Shown: in pieces, positions 41,254 to 51,686 of the stretch
How positions within the stretch are numbered: position 1 is the stretch's first letter
How the letters are laid out: each line of letters opens with the position of its first letter
DNA from: Cyanobacteriota bacterium
GTDB lineage: Bacteria; Cyanobacteriota; Cyanobacteriia; Cyanobacteriales; Nostocaceae
NCBI GenBank assembly: GCA_046045965.1
Contig: JBJOKS010000009.1
Coordinates: 98,931-162,930 of the forward strand
Direction: 5' to 3'
Length of the DNA: 64,000 bases
Program-made: the position numbers and the translations under genes
Notes under the pieces: model-generated
The model's database searches: none
What the model was told of the DNA's origin: nothing
Seen by the model: the letters and a program-made list of their open reading frames with translations, nothing else

Positions 41254-42030
41254 ATGACTTCCATCCAAAATCCCCAACCCAAAATTCAAAATCAGTTACT
41301 CCCTTGGCTAGATGTCCTAGCAATTACAGCCTGGGGAATTTTAATGCTGAAATACTGGTTCACAGGCAAACTGAACTTATTAATTCACCCAGATTTCTTT
41401 TGGTTAGTAATTTTGGGTGCTATTGGTTTGATAATAATTGGTTTTGCCAAGGGTTTACAACTGTGGAAACAACCCCGTCGCCATGAAGTACCCAATAACC
41501 AGCAGCATATAAATCTATTTCCTCCTGGTTGGAGTGGTGCTTTGCTATTAACAACAGCAATTTTAGGATTTATAATTACTCCTCAAGTATTTACCTCTCA
41601 AACAGCACTGGAGAGGGGTGTAACCGAATTATTGGGAGCAACACGCGCCCAGCCCCAAGCCTTTCGTGCTACCGTGCGTCCAGAGGATAGAAACCTTATA
41701 GACTGGGTACGCACACTTAACGTTTATCCAGAACCAGATGCTTATACAGGACAAAAAGTCAAAGTCCAAGGATTTGTCATCCATCCCCCAGAACTAGATA
41801 AAGAGCATTTAATATTAGCGCGATTTGTGATTACTTGTTGCGCCGCAGATGCTTATCCAGCAGGATTACCTGTTCTAGTTCCAGATAACCGCGATCAGTA
41901 CCCACCAGATACTTGGCTAGAAGTAGAAGGACAGATGATCACAGAAAACATTGCTAATAAACGCCGACTAACCATTAAAGCTACCTCCTTAAAAAAAATT
42001 CCCCAACCCAAGAATCCATATAGTTATTAG
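41254..42030 (+). CDS. TIGR03943/DUF1980 putative permease subunit
   Basis: LLIHP, RFVITCCAADA, WLEVEG, P.PKNPY. Confidence 0.88.
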   Translation: MTSIQNPQPKIQNQLLPWLDVLAITAWGILMLKYWFTGKLNLLIHPDFFWLVILGAIGLIIIGFAKGLQLWKQPRRHEVPNNQQHINLFPPGWSGALLLTTAILGFIITPQVFTSQTALERGVTELLGATRAQPQAFRATVRPEDRNLIDWVRTLNVYPEPDAYTGQKVKVQGFVIHPPELDKEHLILARFVITCCAADAYPAGLPVLVPDNRDQYPPDTWLEVEGQMITENIANKRRLTIKATSLKKIPQPKNPYSY

Positions 42031-42141
42031 GGTACAGGTGACAGGTGACAGTAAAGAAGCACGGGAGCAGGGAGCAGGGAGCAGGGAGCAGGGGAGCAGG
42101 GGGAGAATAACTAATGACCAATAACTAATGACCAATAACTA

Positions 42142-43683
42142 ATGACAAAATCCTATAAATCTATTCAACCACTGGATCGTGTAGCGATCGCCATGATGCT
42201 GCTATTGAGTCTGCTGATTGGGCTGATGATCTGGAGAGGTGATGCAGTCAAACCCGTCGTCCGCAATTTTAACTGGCAGAATCAGCAAATTGGCGCAGAA
42301 GACTTGGCTTTTACCCTCACCTTCAGTCGTCCAATGGATACCAAAAGCGTAGAGGAGAATTTTAAAGTTTGTCCGGTGGACAACAAAAGCGAAGAAGAGA
42401 ATTTTCAAAATTGTCCAGTTCTCCCAGGTAAGATCAGCTGGGCAGGAAGACGGATGGTTTACACACTCATAACACCAGCACCCTATGGCACAAATTATAA
42501 AGTCATCTTGCAAGGTGCTAGAGATAAATTTTCCCAAACACAAGGAAAAAACAGACTCATTCAACCCTTTACAGGTAGCTTCTCCACTCGCAATCGTGCC
42601 TTAATTTACATAGGAGCTAATCCAGAAGAACAAGGAAAGTTGGTTCTCTACAACCTAACCCAAGAACAAAAAAAGGTACTTACCCCCAAAGACCTAATTG
42701 TGATGGACTTCGAGCCATTTCCCAATGGAGAGAGAATATTGTTTTCTGCTCGCTCCTCTAAGAGTCCCGACTTGCTTTCAGCCCAACTATATACAGTTAC
42801 CACAGGCATTACTGGCAAAGCTGGTGAACAATCAGAACCACCAGGTAAACTTGATCTGATTTTAGATAATAAAGACTATCAAAACCTCAAATTTGACCTA
42901 TCTCCTGACGGAGAAACAATTGTTGTCCAAAGGGGAAAAAGAGATAATCCAGGCGACTTTGGGCTGTGGCATTTGTCAGCAATGAGGGATAGTTCAGGAG
43001 AAAAACCCACCCCACAACGCTTGGAAAGCCAACCTGGAGGAGACTTTCTGATCACACCAGATAGTAAAGCCGTAGCAGTTGCCCAAGGACAAGGAACAGC
43101 CATTTTATCCCTACAAGGAGATACAAGCAAACCCTTAGATTTTCTCCCGCAATTTGGCTTAGTCCAAGCTTTTTCTAAGGATGGTTCACAAGCGGCAATG
43201 GTCAAATTTAATACTGACTACACGCGAGATTTATTCTTAGTTACAAACCAAGGTGTGCAGAAACAACTATTAAAAACAACAGGTTCAATTCTCGGTTGCA
43301 GTTTTGATCCTGCCTCACCCTCCCTCTACTGCTTGCTAACACAGCTAGTATCACAAGAACAATATATAGAACAGCCTTATTTAGTAGCTATTAACCTCAA
43401 AACCAAGGAACAGAAAGCACTGTTGATGTTACCCCCTGCTCAAAGAAATGTGCAAATGAGTTTAGCACCCGATGGTTTGGCTATATTGTTAGACCAAGTA
43501 GTACCAGCAGGAAACACCACGGCACCATTACCAACCAACACCTTAAAAACTGATAATGGAGAGCCGATAGCTACTAGTAGTCTGTGGTTAATGCCTCTTT
43601 TACCCATCGCTGACCAAGCAAACCCCGAAATCAAGCCAGAACAACTGCCTTTAGTTGGCTTTCATCCCTACTGGCTACCGTGA
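42142..43683 (+). CDS. Exported Ig-like plus beta-propeller protein of the permease operon
   Basis: N-terminal TM, LTFSRPMD Ig-like motif, SPDG/TPD repeats. Confidence 0.75.
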   Translation: MTKSYKSIQPLDRVAIAMMLLLSLLIGLMIWRGDAVKPVVRNFNWQNQQIGAEDLAFTLTFSRPMDTKSVEENFKVCPVDNKSEEENFQNCPVLPGKISWAGRRMVYTLITPAPYGTNYKVILQGARDKFSQTQGKNRLIQPFTGSFSTRNRALIYIGANPEEQGKLVLYNLTQEQKKVLTPKDLIVMDFEPFPNGERILFSARSSKSPDLLSAQLYTVTTGITGKAGEQSEPPGKLDLILDNKDYQNLKFDLSPDGETIVVQRGKRDNPGDFGLWHLSAMRDSSGEKPTPQRLESQPGGDFLITPDSKAVAVAQGQGTAILSLQGDTSKPLDFLPQFGLVQAFSKDGSQAAMVKFNTDYTRDLFLVTNQGVQKQLLKTTGSILGCSFDPASPSLYCLLTQLVSQEQYIEQPYLVAINLKTKEQKALLMLPPAQRNVQMSLAPDGLAILLDQVVPAGNTTAPLPTNTLKTDNGEPIATSSLWLMPLLPIADQANPEIKPEQLPLVGFHPYWLP

Positions 43684-44168
43684 ATTGGGGAGCAGGGGAG
43701 AAATCAATTAAAAATTAAAAACCTTTTGCCTTCTGACTCCTGCTTCAACATTGTCAAATTTAATACTTTTCCTTGAGATCATCTCTACCAAATTGCAGTA
43801 GCTGAGTGGATGGCATTGGTATCATAATATTTTTCAGCAATCTAATATAACTCTTAATAAAGGTCAAGTGGGTTCACACCCTCTACCCCTGGGAAGCAAA
43901 AAGACTACATCATACAGAAGGTTGACGCAGAAGAACCTAAAAATCAGAGGCAAAAAAGCATTAGATTCTGTTAGCGTTCAACTTTTCTAGGTATTGCCTC
44001 CAGCCTAGCTGCCTTCTTGTACTAGCCAGTCATGCTGAAAGAGAGTTAAACTTGGCTTTTAGAGGTTGATTAACGGCAATCCTGATTACCTCGAAATTGA
44101 ATGCAGTTGCTCTGGTCAATCATGCTGACACGAGTATTGCTAAATATTTTTAAGCAGGTGGGTCAAGA

Positions 44169-45794
44169 GTGATGAATATAGGTGACACCTCAAACAACGG
44201 CACTGTGATTGAACCCCTAAATTTTACAAATTCGCCGCCATCAGAGCAGGCGAGTTGTCCCTTTTACTCAGTTTTGCATAATGAAAATATGGCTGTGACT
44301 AATTTACCACTCCTGAACCCAGCAGCCGGTGTCTACGACGGGCTAAACCTACAACAGTGTGAATCTCCAAGTACAGACAACTTGAAAGATCATACCCAAA
44401 AAGACTGGATTGCAGAACCTGACGGCGAAAACCAAGCTCTGGTAGAGACAGAATTTCAGAAGTTACTGAATTTGAATGAAGATCTACAAACGGCTAACAG
44501 TGATTTGTATGCCCAAGTAACGCAGCTAAAACAAGAATTAGCTGAAGCGGAAAAGATTTTGCAATGGCAAAAAAAACGATCCAGTGTCACTGACTCCATG
44601 CTGAATCAACAAACTCAGGAACTAGCAGCCGCTCAAGAGCAAATTCAGTCTCTTTTCCAGCAATTAGAAACAGCTGTCCAGACTGTTCAAAGTCAGGAAA
44701 TGTTCATTGACACCCATAAAGCACAGTTACAACTGAGTCAACAACGAATAGCCCAATTAGAACGAGAATGCACGCTGCTGCAAACTAACTATGGTGAACA
44801 ATCCCAACAGCTATTACACTCAGAAAATACTTGTCGGGAATTGCGTACTAGGCTCATTCGGCAACAACGTCAGACTTTGCAATTTAAAGCAGCACTAGAA
44901 AAATGTCTAGATACTCCAGTACCGAGCTATGAAACTTTAGAGGACACGGCCTATCATCCCTATGATGTAACTGGTGGAAATACAAGATTTTCGAGAAAAG
45001 CCCGGTCGTTGTTTCCCAATGCACAGCCAATTAAACCCTGGTCCGCAGAAGCTGATTCTGCCATTGATACTTGTGGCTGTTTACATCAACAAGAAGATAA
45101 TTCCTGGCTAGAACCCTCAACTCCATGCGCTGATAAACAAAATTACTATACTCCCATTGCTGAACCTGGTGAAAACTTGTCAGCTGTGGATTATGCTGAA
45201 ACCCCAACACAGCCAAGTCACCAATTAGAATTAAATGAATTTGTTGATACAGTGGCAGATGTTTCCTCTCCTGGGGTATCAAATTTAGATCGACAGTTGG
45301 AAAACCTGATCGAAATGTTTTTTGCTTCCCAAGCTACACCATCAACTCCACTTACAGTCAATGATACAAATATTCATGCAGCGGATGGGCTAATGTGGGA
45401 AACCTTAGCACCAAAGATTGAGAACAATGAAACACAGGAAATAATCAGAGAACAGCCGTTAGTAACGGAAAGTAATTCCCCCACAACTAGCCAAGTTTCC
45501 CATCCAGCAGAATTGGCGCTTTCACCAAGCAATGAATCACCAATAAATGCCTCTTCTCCAGAAAAAGATCAAGAGGCAAATACTCTAGAAACTAATGATT
45601 ATTGGTTAGATTTACCAATCAATAATTTGATTCCAGAACCATTAGGTGAATATCACTGTGATCAGAAATCACCTTCACCGTTGATTTATCCTCAGCGTCC
45701 ACCCAAGGGACGGAAGTCTTTAGCATCGGTGGAACTACCAAATTTTCGCCCCAAGAGTCATCAATCAAAGGTGAACGGAGAAGAATCTAAATGA
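44169..45794 (+). CDS. Coiled-coil hypothetical protein
   Basis: Long Q/E/L heptad region; C-terminal SPSP..YP.RPPK.RKSLASVELP. Confidence 0.75.
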   Translation: MMNIGDTSNNGTVIEPLNFTNSPPSEQASCPFYSVLHNENMAVTNLPLLNPAAGVYDGLNLQQCESPSTDNLKDHTQKDWIAEPDGENQALVETEFQKLLNLNEDLQTANSDLYAQVTQLKQELAEAEKILQWQKKRSSVTDSMLNQQTQELAAAQEQIQSLFQQLETAVQTVQSQEMFIDTHKAQLQLSQQRIAQLERECTLLQTNYGEQSQQLLHSENTCRELRTRLIRQQRQTLQFKAALEKCLDTPVPSYETLEDTAYHPYDVTGGNTRFSRKARSLFPNAQPIKPWSAEADSAIDTCGCLHQQEDNSWLEPSTPCADKQNYYTPIAEPGENLSAVDYAETPTQPSHQLELNEFVDTVADVSSPGVSNLDRQLENLIEMFFASQATPSTPLTVNDTNIHAADGLMWETLAPKIENNETQEIIREQPLVTESNSPTTSQVSHPAELALSPSNESPINASSPEKDQEANTLETNDYWLDLPINNLIPEPLGEYHCDQKSPSPLIYPQRPPKGRKSLASVELPNFRPKSHQSKVNGEESK

Positions 45795-45799
45795 TCAAT

Positions 45800-45890
45800 T
45801 ATAGCCGTGGACAGGGTGGTTAGGACATCAATTGATAATGAAACTTCCACTATGAGAGGGTTTTACTCCTGACTCCTGACTCCTGCTATA
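45800..45890 (+). repeat. TATAGC...GCTATA-bounded ~90-bp dispersed element; homologous partial copy at 53760-53828 (-)
   Basis: Both copies share TATAGCC..GACA.GGTG.TTAGGACAT.AATTGATAAT..AACT.CCACTA...GTTTTACTC. Confidence 0.75.
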
Positions 45891-45911
45891 CCACTGACCA
45901 ATGACTAGTAA

Positions 45912-47975
45912 CTAATGACTGGTTTGAGTTACTGCTTTTGGGCTAAGGGTACTTACTTGATGGCGCAATCGTGGTTTGCCTGTAGAAATGGCGTAATTAG
46001 CTACCAAGAGGTTGAACCACAATCCTGGATAGCGGGGTTCTAGCCAAGACTGGCTCCACTTTAGAAATAGAGGGAACCATTTACCTAGTAAAGCACAGAC
46101 GAAGGCATGACGACCAAAGTTGAAGTAATTACCCAACCATCTTACTAAATCCCTAAACCCAGCTAGTTGCCAAATCCAAATTAATAAGGCGGGATTTTTT
46201 CTCGCTGCTTTGAGTGCTAGACGGTTAAAGGTGAACCAATCGCAGCGGTCTTTAATGAAATTATCTGCTACTTCTGGGGGTTCATCTGCTAATAAGCCAA
46301 AGAAGGTATTAAGCATGGCATTAACCCGTTGGGGTGGGATAAATTTCCCTGTGGGAACCATCATCCCTTTGGAAAATAGCCACGTGACGGAAACGTTGCT
46401 TTGGTAAGCACGAATTTTGTTTAAGTGGCGGAAACTTAATAAGTCGTGTTTGAGAGCGGTGTTTAAAAGATTGGTTAAACGTTCTAAGTTACGAACGAGG
46501 GAACCAAAACCAGTGAAAACAAGGGGAGATTGCAGAGAAGCCGCATCACCCATAGCGATTAATCTATCAAAGGCAATGGTGCGATCGCTATCACTTACAC
46601 TAAAATGCCCTGGTATATAGCCAAATGTCGGTTTTTTCCACACCAGCTTGTCCATATCGCAGCGCCGATACTCTGGCAAAATCGTGAAAAAGTCCTCGTA
46701 CATTTCCAACAAAGAACCGGGATTTTTCTCATTCACTTCATGATAATGAAATAGATAAATTGTTAGTTCTTCACCCACCCCAGGAAATAATTCCCAAATT
46801 AACTGTCTTCCCCTAGAAATATCTCCGTGACTATAAAGAACATCACCATATTGAGCATCCCAGACACCAGGGGCAAATCCTTTATCAATCACTGCTCCCA
46901 CGGTTGGACAAACACTATCAAAAGCCCGACCGCCATTTAATTGCCAAGCGATAGGAGAAGCAGTACCCATTGCATCTACCAGCAATCTTCCACTCACTTG
47001 CTGCTCATCACCAGTAGATAAACGCTTGAGAGTAACGGTAACTTGTGTATTGCTGATATCAGCTCGGATAAATTCTGTTTGATCCCAGATTTCACCACCA
47101 GCGGCTTTGAGTTTTTCGCCACATAATTGTAATAATTTATCGGAATCTAAAGCAATATTTAGCACCGTTGGCGTGTGCAGAATGGGCGCTTTTAGTTTCC
47201 TGGGATTATTAGCATCAAAAAATTTATTGAAGCCGTCTTTATACTCTCTAGCAATAATGCTTTCTAACTCAGCGGTTGTCAGCAAACCTAGATTTACCAA
47301 AGTTTGAATCTCATCACGAGAAATATTCCATTCTCGGTTCATGCGTCCAAAGGGTAATCTTTCCACCAGGAGGACTTTATAGCCTAATTTGGCCATGACT
47401 GCGGCATGAATTGAGCCTAAAGCCCCACCAATGTAAATTAGGTCATAGAAGATGTTTCCTGTTGCCTCTTGCTGATTTTCTTCATAAAACAACACCTGAC
47501 GGGGCTGCTGAGGATTTTTCACCCCTTCTCGCCAACGTTGCTCCCACCAGTAAGCACGCTTGAGGTCATATTCCCCATTGGGCATTTTCTGAAAATACTT
47601 GACAGTTAGGGGATAATAAGGTTCTAGCTCTGCAAAAATTGACTTTTGCTCATCAATCCTTGGTGGTTCTGGGTAATGATGTGGAAAGCGGTTGCGGATG
47701 CCTGTTGTTAGGCGTTGTAGAATTTGACCCTCATTAGCAAAGGGTTGATCCGCCCAACGGAATACTTTCAGGTAAGTAGTACGCTGTACCGACCAAACAA
47801 ATACACAAAGTTCATCTGGTAAACTTTCCGTCACGGATACAACTGGCTGTCTCAAACGAAACCCGTCTGCGGTAAGCAATTTTTCTCCATATCCAGGTGC
47901 AAAATCTACTTGTAGCCAGTCGCGGACAGCGCCACTATCCGGCGTAGGAATTTCTAAGTAAAGAATTTCTTTCAT
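45912..47975 (-). CDS. cruA: CruA-type lycopene cyclase
   Basis: LYLEIPTPD N-terminus, IGGALG, MNREWNISR, GDAASLQSPLVFTGFGS; length fits CruA rather than CruP. Confidence 0.8.
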   Translation of the reverse strand: MKEILYLEIPTPDSGAVRDWLQVDFAPGYGEKLLTADGFRLRQPVVSVTESLPDELCVFVWSVQRTTYLKVFRWADQPFANEGQILQRLTTGIRNRFPHHYPEPPRIDEQKSIFAELEPYYPLTVKYFQKMPNGEYDLKRAYWWEQRWREGVKNPQQPRQVLFYEENQQEATGNIFYDLIYIGGALGSIHAAVMAKLGYKVLLVERLPFGRMNREWNISRDEIQTLVNLGLLTTAELESIIAREYKDGFNKFFDANNPRKLKAPILHTPTVLNIALDSDKLLQLCGEKLKAAGGEIWDQTEFIRADISNTQVTVTLKRLSTGDEQQVSGRLLVDAMGTASPIAWQLNGGRAFDSVCPTVGAVIDKGFAPGVWDAQYGDVLYSHGDISRGRQLIWELFPGVGEELTIYLFHYHEVNEKNPGSLLEMYEDFFTILPEYRRCDMDKLVWKKPTFGYIPGHFSVSDSDRTIAFDRLIAMGDAASLQSPLVFTGFGSLVRNLERLTNLLNTALKHDLLSFRHLNKIRAYQSNVSVTWLFSKGMMVPTGKFIPPQRVNAMLNTFFGLLADEPPEVADNFIKDRCDWFTFNRLALKAARKNPALLIWIWQLAGFRDLVRWLGNYFNFGRHAFVCALLGKWFPLFLKWSQSWLEPRYPGLWFNLLVANYAISTGKPRLRHQVSTLSPKAVTQTSH

Positions 47976-48136
47976 GTTCTGTTGACATCTCCTGTCGATC
48001 TACTCACTAAGAATGATTTAACCAAGGCAGAAAGTACGTTAGACTCCGCCCTATCAGTTGTTTGAAGATTTAATTAAGAAATTTTAATAGGTTGTTAAAT
48101 TTATTATTCATGTTGGAACTTTTGTGAACTTATGCC

Positions 48137-48370
48137 ATGAATTATCCTATCCCAGACAGTCCCCAAGAAATTGCTGCACTCCGACAAAAGCCAGTTGATG
48201 AAGAACTGGTAGCTGCTGTAATTGCCGGAGTAGTCAAGCTTGTCCGCGCTCAAGGTCAATCTTTGGAAGATTTAACAGCCCAGGTGTTAGAGGATGATCC
48301 TATGTTAAATTTACAACAACGACGCTGGTTGAGTCAGTTGGTTGCACAAGCGTGGGAAAGTTTCCCATAA
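48137..48370 (+). CDS. Small conserved hypothetical protein
   Basis: PVDEELVAA.IAGV....R..GQSL..LT..VL.DD. Confidence 0.75.
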   Translation: MNYPIPDSPQEIAALRQKPVDEELVAAVIAGVVKLVRAQGQSLEDLTAQVLEDDPMLNLQQRRWLSQLVAQAWESFP

Positions 48371-48424
48371 TCTCCATTGTCAGAATCATGATTGAAGGAT
48401 TTACAGAATAAAATCAATCACAAT

Positions 48425-48591
48425 TGCGGTGGTGTAACCAGCACTCTTCTTTACCAGAACTGGCGGATGGGAATTCATTGGGTGTGTCAAAGAATAGTCC
48501 AGACCTCTCCCTGTGATGTTGGTGACAGCATCTGAACCTAAAACTGGTTTGGGTAGCTTGGTAGGTGTCAAAGTCGAAGACCTACCCAGCC
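48425..48591. ncRNA. Candidate structured non-coding RNA / cis-element of unknown family
   Basis: ORF-free and GC-richer than its flanks; several stems; GTGTCAAAG occurs twice. Confidence 0.4.
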
Positions 48592-48635
48592 TTAAAAAGC
48601 AAGGAGTCAGGAGTCAGAATAGAGAAAATCAACAA

Positions 48636-49376
48636 TTACCTTTTAAATTTCCGTTCTAAAAAAGCAATTATTTGTTCCCAAGCTGAAGTAGCAGCAACAG
48701 GATCATAACGATAACCGTCATCCCTCATAAAAGTATGTTCCGCTTCATAACAGAAAAATTGATGCGGTACTTTAGCAGTTTCTAAAGCATTAATTATAGT
48801 ATGTCTGTCATGTTCAGAAATATGCGGATCTTGAGTTCCAAAAATTAACAACATTTCCTCTTTTATTTCATTAACTCTGTGAATAGTATCTGCGACACCT
48901 TTACCTAATTTACCGCTAGGAATACCTGTAGGATAACAACAAACGGCGGCTTCAATTTCACTTTCAAAAGCAGCCCGAAAAGCTAAATGTCCGCCAATAC
49001 AAAAACCCAATGTTCCGATTTTATTAGCAATAACTGAACTGTCATGTTTGAGAAAATCAATTACAGCACGAGTATCAGCATCATATTCTGAAATTAATGT
49101 GCGTCGTGCATCATCATTACCGCGCATTCTCCCAATATCATTAGGTTCAATTACAGAACCCACAGGTTCAATGCGGTGAAAAATTTCCGGTGCTGCGACA
49201 ACATAACCAAACCCAGCTAAATAATTAACTAACCGAATTATGGCATCACCTAACTGATAAATATCACTGTAAAAAACAATTCCTGGATATTTACCCTCTG
49301 GTTTAGGAGATGCGACATAAACCCGCATTAAACTATCATCAACTCTTAATTCAATATTGCGTTTTACAATTTGCAT
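48636..49376 (-). CDS. Dienelactone hydrolase family protein
   Basis: GFCIGG nucleophile elbow, FGTQDPHI, AEHTFMRD. Confidence 0.92.
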   Translation of the reverse strand: MQIVKRNIELRVDDSLMRVYVASPKPEGKYPGIVFYSDIYQLGDAIIRLVNYLAGFGYVVAAPEIFHRIEPVGSVIEPNDIGRMRGNDDARRTLISEYDADTRAVIDFLKHDSSVIANKIGTLGFCIGGHLAFRAAFESEIEAAVCCYPTGIPSGKLGKGVADTIHRVNEIKEEMLLIFGTQDPHISEHDRHTIINALETAKVPHQFFCYEAEHTFMRDDGYRYDPVAATSAWEQIIAFLERKFKR

Positions 49377-49571
49377 TTTCTGATTTTTTGGTAATGTGTT
49401 AATTTGTAATTCTTCAGGTTTTATAATAATCAGTAAATTTTTATAAAATCAGGTGATTAGAAATTGCAGTTATACAGATATAATTTAGATGGTGATTAGG
49501 TTAATTAGGTGACATTTGATTGCTGAGTGCCATATAATATAATCAGCCAGTGGTATAAAAGCATCATCATA

Positions 49572-51302
49572 ATGATTGGTACTATCCTCCGTCAACGTTA
49601 CAAGATTGTTAAACAAATAGGTGCAGGTGGGTTTGGGGAAACTTACCTTGCAGAAGATTTAGATATTCCCGTTACTCCTAAACCTGTTTGTGTGGTTAAG
49701 CGGTTACAACCTACAGCTATTGATCCAGAAATTATCCGTTTATTTGAACAAGAAGCACAAATATTATATCAATTAGGACAAAATCACGATCAAATTCCTA
49801 AATTATATGCCTATTTTCAGGATGGTCAACAATTTTATTTAATTCAAGAATTGATTGATGGATATGATTTAATTCAAGAAATAACACCTGGTAAAAAGTT
49901 AAGTGAAGGTAATGTAATTCAACTGTTACGAGATGTTTTAGAAATATTGGTTTATGTCCATGAGAATAAAGTAATTCATCGGGATATTAAACCTGCGAAT
50001 ATTATGCGTCGGAAAGATGGAAAATTAGTATTAATTGATTTTGGTGTTGTGAAAAAAATTAATAATACTATCGCTTTAAACTCAGGTTTTACGAGTCGGA
50101 CTGTTGGTATTTGAACATATGGATATATGCCACCAGAACAGGGTTTTGGTAAGCCTAAATTGAGTAGTGATATTTATGCTTTGGGAATGACAGCAATTGA
50201 AGGATTAACTGGAATTTCTCTGAATACATTATCAGAAGATGAGGCAGGGGAAATCATTTGGAGTAATTTAGTTTCAGTTAGTAATAAATTAGAAAATTTT
50301 ATTACTAAAATGGTGCGTTATGATTGGCGACAACGTTATAAAAATGCAAAGGAAGCATTAGAAGAATTAAATCAGGTTTTTCCAATTATTAAACAACAGA
50401 ATAGACAGCCAGTAACACCAAATCAATCTAGTGAATATTGGTTTGAACAGGGGGTTAAATTAATTGATTTAGAAAGGTATGAAGAAGCTATTTCATCTTT
50501 TGATAAAGCAATTGCCATTAACCCTGACGATCATGATGCTTGGTTCCACAGGGGTACTGTACTAGACGAATTAGAAAGGTACAGAGAAGCGATCACATCT
50601 TTCGATAAAGCAATTGCCATTAACCCTGACGATCATGATGTTTGGAATAACCGAGGTGCTGCCCTGTGTGAATTACAAATGTACAGAGAAGCGATCGCAT
50701 CTTTCGATAAAGCAATTGCCATTAACCCTGACGATCATGATGTTTGGAATAACCGAGGTGCTGCCCTGTGTGAATTACAAATGTACAGAGAAGCTATTTC
50801 ATCCTACGAAAAAGCCATTTTTATCGAACCTGAATTCCATGAAGCTTGGAATAACCGAGGTCTTACCCTACTTTATCTCCAAAGGTATAGAGAAGCGATC
50901 GCATCTTTTGATAAAGCAATTGCCATTGAACCTGACTTCTATAAAGCTTGGAATAATCGGGGTCTTGCTCTAGATGACATACAAAGGTATGAAGAAGCTA
51001 TTTCATCCTACGAAAAAGCCATTTTCATTGAACCTGATGACCCTGATGCTTGGAATAACAGAGGTGTTGCCCTATGTAATTTACAAAATTACAGAGAAGC
51101 GATCGCATCCTTTGATAAGGCAATTGCGATCAATTCTGACGACTATGAAGCTTGGTGTAACCGAGGTAATGCTCTACGTCAATTACAAAGATATGAAGAG
51201 GCACTAAAATCATACAAAAAGGCAATTAGTATTCAACCAGATTTTCAACTAGCAATTAATAATCGCAATGATTTATTAAAACAATTGGGGCGTTTAAATT
51301 AG
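49572..51302 (+). pseudogene. Ser/Thr kinase-TPR protein interrupted by an in-frame TGA at 50112-50114
   Basis: GAGGFG, VVKRL, HRDIKPAN, DFG, then VGI*TYGYMPPEQ in the same frame, followed by about eight TPRs. Confidence 0.88.
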
Positions 51303-51359
51303 GTCAAAATGTGGAATATGAATAATATAAAACACATAATTTTCAGGAGTCTCTAATTA

Positions 51360-51686
51360 GTGTCTGAAAAAATCCATTCCAGATATGCGGATGGAACACC
51401 AGTTTATCAAAGTCAAAGACCTCCCAGATTTGGTGAACCTATAGCCGATCCTTTAGCACAAGCAGCCCATTCCAGATTAAGATGGGATCAATATCATCAA
51501 AGAGTTTATCAAGCTAGAGAATTTGATACTAATGGTCAACCAGTGCGAGATATTGATTTTACCAGTCCTACATATCCTAATGGTACACCCCGCCCAGATC
51601 ATTTACCACCGCCTCATCAACATCTTTGGCTTGCTAATATAACAGGTGGTATTCCCAACCGTAGTAAACAACCACAACCTCTATGA
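51360..51686 (+). CDS. Stand-alone polymorphic-toxin-like domain (Ntox24-like)
   Basis: YQAREFD.NG.PVRDIDFT...H..PHQH; GTG start with AGGAG RBS. Confidence 0.6.
   Translation: MSEKIHSRYADGTPVYQSQRPPRFGEPIADPLAQAAHSRLRWDQYHQRVYQAREFDTNGQPVRDIDFTSPTYPNGTPRPDHLPPPHQHLWLANITGGIPNRSKQPQPL

Noticed and set aside
48425..48591. 6S RNA, tRNA or CAST tracrRNA
   Set aside because: No cloverleaf, no long end-to-end 6S-type rod, and no match to tracr motifs I can recognise; left unassigned
50112..50114. Selenocysteine or programmed readthrough at the TGA
   Set aside because: The position corresponds to a conserved Gly; a point mutation or sequencing error is simpler
50580..50790. DGR template/variable repeat pair
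   Set aside because: Adjacent in-frame TPR duplicates with no adenine-specific mismatch pattern and no reverse transcriptase in the window
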